Shown here: positions 56,912 through 64,000 of the stretch, one piece after another
Numbering within the stretch: the stretch's first letter is position 1
Layout: every line of letters begins with the position of its first letter
Assembly: GCA_031270465.1 (NCBI GenBank)
Contig: JAISXP010000088.1
Coordinates: 667-64,666, forward strand
DNA: 64,000 nt
Direction: 5' to 3'
Source: Tannerella sp.
GTDB lineage: Bacteria > Bacteroidota > Bacteroidia > Bacteroidales > Tannerellaceae
Position numbers and translations under genes: made by a program
The notes under the pieces: model-generated
What the model saw: only the letters and a program-made list of their open reading frames with translations
Told to the model about the DNA's origin: nothing
Database searches by the model: none

Positions 56912-58180
56912 ATGAAAACAAAACATTTGATGGCCATGTCGCTGGCGTGTATACTGTTTGTTCTTGACGGACTGCATACTGCCGTGGCGCAGAACGGCGA
57001 AGATTATTTTACGGTTTCAGGCATCGTGAAAGACGCCCGAAGCAAGAAGGAAATGGAGTATGTCAGCGTCTCGGCCGTGGGAACGAGTATCGGCACGGTC
57101 ACGAACGAAGACGGCGCTTTTACACTCAAACTGAGCAATACCACCGAGGTAAAGGAAATTGAATTCTCGTGCATCGGGTACTACAATGCACGCATCACCA
57201 TTACGGGCAGGAACATGAAGGAACAAACGTATCTCATCATTCCCGAATCGTTCCAACTGAGCGAGATAGAGATATTCAGTTGGAAAAATCCGCGCGACCT
57301 GATCATGGCTGCGCTGGACAAACGGCCCGACAACTATCCCGCGCAGCCGAACCTGCTGACGGGCTTCTATCGCGAAACGATTCAGAAGCGGCGCAAGTAT
57401 ATCAACATCTCCGAAGCAGTGATGCACGTCTACAAAAGCCCGTACACGACGAATGCGTCGAGCGACCGTATCCGCATCCTCAAGGGGCGCAAATTAGTCA
57501 GCCCGAAAATGAGCGATACGCTGAACGTGAAACTGCTCGGCGGCCCCAACATGGCCGCATACGTCGACATTGTCAAGAATCCCGACATACTGCTCGACGC
57601 CGAGATGCTGCAATACTTCTCGTACAAGATGGGCGAAACCACCTCCATCGACGGACAACTGCAGTTCGTCGTCCACTTCGAGCCGCAGGCGGCGCTTCCC
57701 TGGCCGCTTTATTCGGGAACGTTCTACATCGACCGCGAGACACTGTCCTTCACGCGCGCCGAATTTAGCATGGACATGAAAGACAGACTCAAGGTCATCG
57801 ACCTTATATTGAAGGAAAAACCCGCCGGACTGCGTTTCACCCCCGAAGAAGTATCCTATATCGTCACATACAAGCAGCGCAACGGAAAGACCTGCCTGAA
57901 CTACATCTATAACAAAATAAGGTTCAAGTGCGACTGGAAACGCCGGCTGTTCGCAACCAACTACACCGTGGTGGGCGAAACGGTGATAACGGACAATCAG
58001 ACCGAAAACGTGGAAAGAATCCCCGCACGGGAAGCATTCTCCATGCGCCAGTCGCTTAGCCAGGAGGTCTCCGCATATTTCGACGACGATTTCTGGGGAG
58101 CCTACAACATCATCGAGCCGACCGAATCTTTGGAAAATGCAGTAAGCCGGTTGATGAAACAGCAGAACAAATCAAAATAA
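56912..58180 (+). CDS. Carboxypeptidase-regulatory-like domain protein (STN-less paralog of 59639..61195)
   Basis: Signal peptide, then a CarboxypepD_reg domain (FTVSGIVKDARSKKEMEYVSVSAVGTSIGTVTNEDGAFTLKL). A ~300-aa uncharacterised domain follows, beginning LLTGFYRETIQKRRKYINISEAVMHVYKSPY. Confidence 0.75.
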   Translation: MKTKHLMAMSLACILFVLDGLHTAVAQNGEDYFTVSGIVKDARSKKEMEYVSVSAVGTSIGTVTNEDGAFTLKLSNTTEVKEIEFSCIGYYNARITITGRNMKEQTYLIIPESFQLSEIEIFSWKNPRDLIMAALDKRPDNYPAQPNLLTGFYRETIQKRRKYINISEAVMHVYKSPYTTNASSDRIRILKGRKLVSPKMSDTLNVKLLGGPNMAAYVDIVKNPDILLDAEMLQYFSYKMGETTSIDGQLQFVVHFEPQAALPWPLYSGTFYIDRETLSFTRAEFSMDMKDRLKVIDLILKEKPAGLRFTPEEVSYIVTYKQRNGKTCLNYIYNKIRFKCDWKRRLFATNYTVVGETVITDNQTENVERIPAREAFSMRQSLSQEVSAYFDDDFWGAYNIIEPTESLENAVSRLMKQQNKSK

Positions 58181-58186
58181 AAGCCG

Positions 58187-58194
58187 TACATTTG
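58187..58194 (+). promoter_or_regulatory. Bacteroidetes-type -7 promoter box (TAnnTTTG)
   Basis: TACATTTG, 29 nt upstream of the ECF sigma ATG at 58224. Confidence 0.5.
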
Positions 58195-58223
58195 TTTCGC
58201 TCGAAATAAAATGTGACGCAGCC

Positions 58224-58778
58224 ATGCTAAACGACTTTTTGCTGTTCGGAAAGATAAAAGACGGCGACATAAAAGCTTTCGAAACGCTCTTCCGCCTCTA
58301 CCATGCCCCGTTGTGCCTCTACGCATCGGGCATCACGGGGCGGCGCGACGTGGCGGAAGACATCGTTCAGGATCTCTTTTATCTCATCTGGAAAACGCGC
58401 GCGACGATGCAGATACACCGCTCGGTCAAGAGCTACCTGTACGGCGCGGTCAAAAACCGGTCGTTGCTGTATCTGGAACACATGCTGGTTCGCGAACAGT
58501 ACGAAGCGCTCGCGCTGAACGAAACCGATACGGCCGCCGAACCGGATCCGCACGAACAGATGGAGTATGCCGAACTGGAAGCCGTCGTCGAACGGACGCT
58601 GGCCGGACTGCCCGAACGGCGGCGGCGCATCTTCCGCATGAACCGCATGGAAGGACAAAAATACAGCGAAATAGCCGGACGGCTCGCCATTTCGATCAAA
58701 ACGGTCGAAGCCGAGATGGCCAAAGCCTGCCGGCAGCTGCGACACGATGTTGAAATATATTACAAAAGCAAATCATGA
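58224..58778 (+). CDS. ECF RNA polymerase sigma-70 factor
   Basis: Region 2 (FETLFRLYHAPLCLYA...AEDIVQDLFYLIW) and region 4 (YSEIAGRLAISIKTVEAEMAKA). Confidence 0.9.
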   Translation: MLNDFLLFGKIKDGDIKAFETLFRLYHAPLCLYASGITGRRDVAEDIVQDLFYLIWKTRATMQIHRSVKSYLYGAVKNRSLLYLEHMLVREQYEALALNETDTAAEPDPHEQMEYAELEAVVERTLAGLPERRRRIFRMNRMEGQKYSEIAGRLAISIKTVEAEMAKACRQLRHDVEIYYKSKS

Positions 58779-59632
58779 TTAGAGAATATGAACAAATGAT
58801 GACTGACCGCGCGTGGGACAGTCTGCACGAGCGGCTGTCGCGCGACGGCCTGCTCCCCGCCACCCCCACATCTCCACCATCCGTCACGCGCACATGGCTT
58901 CGTCCGGCCGGCATCGCTGCCATGCTGGCCATCGTCGCCATGCTCGGGTGGCGGGCGATGCGGCAGCAAGACGGCACGACGCACGACATGCGCGTCATGC
59001 ACAACGAAGAAAGCGGCTCCACGCTGGTATCCATGCTCGAAGACGGCTCCGTCGTCTACCTCTCAGGCGAAACGTCTATCCGCTACCCGCACCGCTTCGA
59101 CGAAGGCCGGCGCGAAATCACCCTCCGCGGCGACGCTTTCTTCGACATCAACAGCAACCACGAACGGCCGTTCGTCATCGACACCGAACCGGCCACGGTC
59201 GAAGTGTCGGGCACCGCCTTCGGCATACGCAACAGCGACCACCAGACCTTCGCACTCACCGTGCGTCAGGGCGAGGTCAGAGTGACTCTGAAAAAGAACC
59301 GCCAGACCGCTCTCGTTCAGGCCGGACGCACGGCACGGCTGCAAGCCGGACGCCTGATATTGACGGACAGCGGTGCACAAGCAGCGGACGATGACCTCAT
59401 GCAGCGCATCCATTTCAAGGACGAACGCCTCGTCGACGTGGCACACATCCTCAACAGGCACACACGGCCGGTGCAGATCGAAATCGACCCCGAACTGGCA
59501 GACCGGAGGCTGACGGTAGCCTTCGCCGGCGACGATGCACACACGATGGCACGGCTCATCTGCCTCGCACTCGGACTCCGGCTTTCGCAGAGCGGACAGA
59601 CCATATACATTCAACCGGATGCCAGCGACTGA
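58775..59632 (+). CDS. FecR family anti-sigma factor
   Basis: ATGA overlap with the sigma gene. TM segment (PAGIAAMLAIVAMLGW) and a FecR domain (LEDGSVVYLSGETSIRY...TLRGDAFFDI). Confidence 0.85.
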   Translation: MIREYEQMMTDRAWDSLHERLSRDGLLPATPTSPPSVTRTWLRPAGIAAMLAIVAMLGWRAMRQQDGTTHDMRVMHNEESGSTLVSMLEDGSVVYLSGETSIRYPHRFDEGRREITLRGDAFFDINSNHERPFVIDTEPATVEVSGTAFGIRNSDHQTFALTVRQGEVRVTLKKNRQTALVQAGRTARLQAGRLILTDSGAQAADDDLMQRIHFKDERLVDVAHILNRHTRPVQIEIDPELADRRLTVAFAGDDAHTMARLICLALGLRLSQSGQTIYIQPDASD

Positions 59633-59638
59633 CCGGCG

Positions 59639-61195
59639 ATGATGCACTTCCTCACCCGCAGCATTGCCGCGTGCTTACTGACGCTCATCTGCGTCGTGAA
59701 TGTACGGGCAGAGGGAGACGGTGACACACCGCCTCTCGATCGACGCATACGCCTTGCCGCCCGTAAAGGCACCGTCTATCGCCTCCTGAAAGAAGTCTCC
59801 GCACAATCCGGATTCCTGTTCATCTACGATAGCCGCACCGTCGACAACGACCGCCGCTCAAGCATTGCCAAAGGCGAATACACTCTGCGCGACGCCATCC
59901 TCATCATCACCCGCAAGCCCGCCCTGCAAATCGACGTCCAGGGCAACTACATCCTCCTGCGCCCGGCCGCCACCGGCAGCCCTCCGCCGCCGGCCACCAC
60001 CGAACCGTCCGGCACGGCAATCATCCAGGGCTCGCTGCATGACCTCGAGACCGGAGAACCCGTCGTATACGCAACCGTCAGCCTGATAAATACTTCCATC
60101 GGCACCGTTACCAACCACAGCGGCCGGTTCCGCCTCACCGTGCCCGACTCGCTGCGCTACGCCGACGTGAGGTTCTCGCACATCGGATACGAGAGCCGCG
60201 AAACAGGCGTCGCCCTCCTCGACGGACAGACGGTCGACTTCGCCCTCGAACCTAAAGTCGTCCCCCTGCAGGAAATAGAAATACGGCGAATCAATCCCCT
60301 CCGCGAAATACACGACATGCTCGACCGCCGCAGCGAAAACCATCCGCAGACGCCTACCGGCCTGACCACCTTCTACCGCGAAGGCATCGAACACCGCCGG
60401 CGCGTCATCGACCTCTCCGAAGCCGTACTGGAAATATACAAAACAGGATACGGCGCCGATGCCTCCGGCGACCATGTCCGCCTCGTGCGAAAGCGACATG
60501 TCTCCCGCGTGCAGCCCGGTGACACCATCCTGCCCAAAATGAAGTCGGGCATCAGATCGTGCCTTATCCTCGACATCATGAAGGAACTCCCCGAATTTAT
60601 CACCCCGGACGACGGCACACGCTACGACTACGTGCACGAAGACATCCGCACAGTCGACGATCGCCTCGTCAACGTCATATCTTTCAAACAGAAACCGCAT
60701 ATCGACGAACCGCTCTTCACCGGCGAACTTTTCATCGACGACCGTCGCAAAGCGCTCGAGGAAATACGCTTTCAGGTCAGCCCCGAACATGCCGGCAAGG
60801 CTACCAACCTCTTCGTCGACCGCAAGGCGCACCATCTGAAACTCACCCTCCGCCAGGCAGCATACATCGTCTCCTACAAACCTCTTCACCCCGCATCGCC
60901 ATACTATATCAGCCACGTGCGAGGCGACATCATTTTCAGAGTAAGAAAAAAAGGACACCTCTTCAGCACACCGCTGCACTTCTGGTTCGAAATGGTCACG
61001 TGTCGCACCGACACCGCCGGCGTCCGCCCCATCCCGCGCGCCGAAAGACTCGCGACCGGACAAATCTTCGCCGACACCGCGCATGACGGCGACGAAGACT
61101 TCTGGGAAAATTTTAACATCATCCTCCCCGAAGAAAAACTCATGGAAGCAATCATCAGCAGTCTTAGCGAAGCCGTTGTGCAGGCCGGACAGTAA
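59639..61195 (+). CDS. Stand-alone STN plus carboxypeptidase-regulatory-like domain protein (no TonB-dependent barrel)
   Basis: Signal peptide, then an STN-like domain (GTVYRLLKEVSAQSGFLFIYDS...NYILLRP) and a Pro-rich linker. Next comes a CarboxypepD_reg domain (IIQGSLHDLETGEPVVYATVSLINTSIGTVTNHSGRFRL). The final domain is paralogous to 56912..58180 (LTTFYREGIEHRRRVIDLSEAVLEIYKTGY). Confidence 0.8.
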   Translation: MMHFLTRSIAACLLTLICVVNVRAEGDGDTPPLDRRIRLAARKGTVYRLLKEVSAQSGFLFIYDSRTVDNDRRSSIAKGEYTLRDAILIITRKPALQIDVQGNYILLRPAATGSPPPPATTEPSGTAIIQGSLHDLETGEPVVYATVSLINTSIGTVTNHSGRFRLTVPDSLRYADVRFSHIGYESRETGVALLDGQTVDFALEPKVVPLQEIEIRRINPLREIHDMLDRRSENHPQTPTGLTTFYREGIEHRRRVIDLSEAVLEIYKTGYGADASGDHVRLVRKRHVSRVQPGDTILPKMKSGIRSCLILDIMKELPEFITPDDGTRYDYVHEDIRTVDDRLVNVISFKQKPHIDEPLFTGELFIDDRRKALEEIRFQVSPEHAGKATNLFVDRKAHHLKLTLRQAAYIVSYKPLHPASPYYISHVRGDIIFRVRKKGHLFSTPLHFWFEMVTCRTDTAGVRPIPRAERLATGQIFADTAHDGDEDFWENFNIILPEEKLMEAIISSLSEAVVQAGQ

Positions 61196-61796
61196 TGCAC
61201 CCCGTGCAGGGCAAAACACGCATCCTGTGAATAAAAAATAATTACACACAACAGACAAGCCGGCAAAAATCTGTCAGTCAATCATGAAAGCCCGTCGCCA
61301 CACCCATATCCGCAGGCCGTTTGCCGTTGCGGCATCACTTTTTTTTTCGATACCCGCTTGCCGTTTTAAAAAAAAGCACTATCTTGCGCCCGATTTGAAA
61401 CAGACAGGACAAAAAAATGATTTCGAACATGAAAAATATCAACGCCGGCGACGCACTCCTCCCCTCTCGCCTCTCCGGATGTAAAAAAACGCTAATGGGG
61501 GGGGGTATTTTACTGTGTTTCAATAAGATAAGATACAATATACCTTGTGCACGGAGGACATGCAGTGCATCGTCCGGCCGCCAACAAGGAAACTCTGTTT
61601 TCTGTTCACTCATTATTTTTTATGTATTTGCCCGGGAAAGAGACCTTCAAAGTCTCTTTCCTGCGGCTTTTGCCGTGCATCCGCGTGCGGTACGGTCGGC
61701 CAGTACGGTTAAAAATGTAGAACCAGACAAATATATCTACTATCTATTTTAGTATCAATGAAAAGTTTTAATGTTTAATCACAAATTAATTTATGT

Positions 61797-64000
61797 ATGA
61801 AAGAAAAAGAAAAATTCAAAACAGAAAGAAGTCTGTCCGGCCGCAGGCGAATGACATGGGCGATTGCCCTGCTGGCAAGTTTCAGCATGACGACCGCATT
61901 CGCACAACTGACGGTGAAGGGTAAAATCCTCGACGAAACGGGCGAAACGGTTATCGGTGTCAACATCCTCGAAAAGGGGACACTGAACGGGACCGTATCC
62001 GACATGGAAGGAAACTACTCGATTACCGTACAAGACGGGCAGCGGGCAGTACTCCAGTTCTCGTACGTGGGTTACAATACGCTCGAAGAAGACGTCAACG
62101 AGCGCAGCGAACTCAACGTCACGCTCGAACCGTCGGTAGTAAACCTCGGCGAAGTGGTAGCCATTGGTTACGGTACGCAGACGCGCCGCCAGATCACAGG
62201 CTCGGTAGCCAACGTCTCGGAAGAAAACTTCAACAAGGGTATCACACGCGATGCGGCAGACCTGCTGCAGGGCAAGGTGGCCGGGCTTACCATCACGAGC
62301 GGCTCGGGCGACGTCACCCGCGGCAGCCAGATCCGCCTGCGCGGTACTTCCACCCTGCAGAACGACCAGGGGCCGATGATCGTAATCGACGGCATTCCGG
62401 GCGGCGACATGTCGACCGTCGCGCCTTCGGACATCGAATCGATCTCCGTCCTCAAGGACGCTTCCTCGCAGGCCATCTACGGCTCGCGGGCAGCCGGCGG
62501 CGTCATCCTGATTACCACCAAGCGCGGATCGGGAATGAAATCGCAGATTACGTACGACGGATATGCTTCGGCAGACTTCGTCGCCAACAAGCCTCACCTG
62601 CTTAGCGCCACCGAATGGCGCGACGTCAACCGCCAACTCGGCAAAGACGTCAGCAGTTTGGACCGCTACGGAGCCGAAACCGACTGGCTGGGCGAAATGC
62701 TGCGCACCGGCTTCTCGCAAAATCATGCCGTCTCCATGTCCGGCGGAGGCTCGAAAAACAACTACCGCGCCTCGTACACCTACCTGGATCGCAACGGCAT
62801 CGCACGCGACAACTACATCACGCGCCACAGTTTCCGCTTCCAGTTCCAGCAGCGCGCCATCAACGACCGCCTGCGCATCGACCTCACCGGCTCGGCTTCT
62901 CTCTCCGACATGCGATTCCCCTTCCGCGACGACTTTGTCCTCGCCTACAACCTGCCGCCGGTTTATCCCGTCAAGGTGGATGGCAACTGGTTTACCGACA
63001 TGTTCGGGAACTACGACCAGGGCAATCCCGTCCAGAATCAGGATGAAAACTACAATCTCAGGAAGCACAACTACTTTTATGGCGCCGGCAATGTGCAATT
63101 CGATATCATGGAAGGGTTGAACGCGAAAGCACATTTATATAAGAGTGTGTTTAGCAGTGACCGCAGCCAGTGGTTAGCCCCGACAAACTCCCGCGGACGC
63201 GGAACCAATGGTCAGGCCGAGAGGGAAGCCTCCACCATGGAGCGCGACTTGATGGAGTGGACATTTAATTACAACAAAGAGTTTAACAACAAACATTCGG
63301 TCGACGCCATTGCCGGTTATTCCTGGGAAATCAATACATACCAGAACCAGTATTCCCAAGCGACCGACTTTGCCGTTACTTCGATGGGCGCCAATAATAT
63401 CCAGAGCGGCAACACGCTCAAGGTGGGCGAGGTAACCTCTTCTAAAAACGAGTACAAACTGATATCGTTCTTCGGTCGCGTCCATTACGGCTATGCCGGC
63501 AAGTACATGGCTACGGCCACGGTTCGCCGCGACGGTTCTTCCAAGTTCGGCGCGAACCACAAGTGGGGTCTCTTCCCCTCCGTCTCCGCCGCATGGGGCA
63601 TCACGCAGGAAGACTTCCTGAAAGACGCAAGCTGGATCAACGACCTGAAACTGCGTGTCGGATACGGCGTAACGGGTAATCAGGATGGTCTCCAGCCCTA
63701 CAAGACGCTCGAACTTTATGAAGCCTACGGCACCTATTACAACAACGAATCGGAGTCCATTGCCTATCGCGTTTCGCAGAATGCCAACCCCAACCTGAAA
63801 TGGGAAGAAACCGCCATGTTGAACATCGGACTGGACTTCTCCCTCTTCAACGGGCGCTTGGGCGGAACGATCGAATGGTACGACAAACGGACCACGGACA
63901 TGATCTACCGCTACGCCGTGCCAACTCCGACCTTCGTATACGACCGCATCTATGCCAACGTGGGCGACATGCTCAACACCGGTATTGAGTTGCTGCTGAA
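61797..64000 (+). CDS. SusC/RagA family TonB-linked outer-membrane transporter lacking an STN domain (partial; continues past the right window edge)
   Basis: Absent from the ORF track because it has no stop in the window. My translation from the ATG at 61797 is open to 64000: MKEKEKFKTERSLSGRRRMTWAIALLASFSMTTAFAQLTVKGKILDETGETVIGVNILEKG...VVAIGYGTQTRRQITGSV...IRLRGTSTL.... Track ORF 61791..63134(-) is its antisense shadow. Confidence 0.9.
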   Translation, partial: MKEKEKFKTERSLSGRRRMTWAIALLASFSMTTAFAQLTVKGKILDETGETVIGVNILEKGTLNGTVSDMEGNYSITVQDGQRAVLQFSYVGYNTLEEDVNERSELNVTLEPSVVNLGEVVAIGYGTQTRRQITGSVANVSEENFNKGITRDAADLLQGKVAGLTITSGSGDVTRGSQIRLRGTSTLQNDQGPMIVIDGIPGGDMSTVAPSDIESISVLKDASSQAIYGSRAAGGVILITTKRGSGMKSQITYDGYASADFVANKPHLLSATEWRDVNRQLGKDVSSLDRYGAETDWLGEMLRTGFSQNHAVSMSGGGSKNNYRASYTYLDRNGIARDNYITRHSFRFQFQQRAINDRLRIDLTGSASLSDMRFPFRDDFVLAYNLPPVYPVKVDGNWFTDMFGNYDQGNPVQNQDENYNLRKHNYFYGAGNVQFDIMEGLNAKAHLYKSVFSSDRSQWLAPTNSRGRGTNGQAEREASTMERDLMEWTFNYNKEFNNKHSVDAIAGYSWEINTYQNQYSQATDFAVTSMGANNIQSGNTLKVGEVTSSKNEYKLISFFGRVHYGYAGKYMATATVRRDGSSKFGANHKWGLFPSVSAAWGITQEDFLKDASWINDLKLRVGYGVTGNQDGLQPYKTLELYEAYGTYYNNESESIAYRVSQNANPNLKWEETAMLNIGLDFSLFNGRLGGTIEWYDKRTTDMIYRYAVPTPTFVYDRIYANVGDMLNTGIELLL

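Noticed and set aside
61791-63134. A 447-aa ORF on the minus strand.
   Set aside because: It is the antisense shadow of the plus-strand SusC gene (61797 onward). The SusC translation has clear CarboxypepD_reg, plug and barrel motifs, while the minus ORF has no recognisable features.

Overview
This 64-kb chromosomal segment looks like a Bacteroidales (Bacteroidota) genome. Three things support that: a canonical TAnnTTTG -7 promoter box sits upstream of 18 genes, there are SusC/SusD plus ECF-sigma/FecR loci, and a PorQ-like gene lies next to cmk. Most of the window is housekeeping. It includes the exbB/exbD/exbD cluster with a separate TonB-family gene, tRNA-Ser(GGA), tatD, a polyprenyl synthetase, cmk and ispH. 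It also includes dnaB, PBP1A, tatC/tatA, an overlapping fabD-DUF5063-exonuclease-rlmI gene string, queA, anmK, leuS and queF. Further along are a two-component system, an ABC-F ATPase, guaB, a U32 peptidase, a thioesterase, dprA and a phosphoethanolamine-transferase-like sulfatase. Several accessory or decaying pieces are embedded in this backbone. (1) A strongly AT-rich island carries a membrane-anchored CbbX/SpoVK-type AAA+ ATPase. (2) A 6 x ~41-bp tandem array of a palindrome plus promoter-like module lies upstream of a DUF6261-like gene. (3) There is a 1029-aa VIT/vWA/DUF2135-like protein. (4) There is an Rpn/PD-(D/E)XK nuclease gene with 21-bp coding repeats. (5) A canonical sigma/anti-sigma/SusC(STN+)/SusD locus has its barrel and SusD part visibly AT-richer than its signalling part. 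(6) A second sigma/anti-sigma locus carries the STN domain on a stand-alone CarboxypepD_reg protein, while the downstream SusC lacks STN. I consider this last locus the best candidate for an undescribed signalling arrangement. (7) There are three gene relics (LVIVD-repeat, DUF4469, NUDIX) and an orphan 240-aa protein. (8) A ~120-bp dispersed element with inverted-repeat ends is present in two copies, along with several short tandem repeats. No CRISPR array, cas genes, rRNA, integrase or transposase (other than the Rpn-family gene) was seen. All functional calls come from reading the translated ORFs and recalling family motifs. No database search was run.
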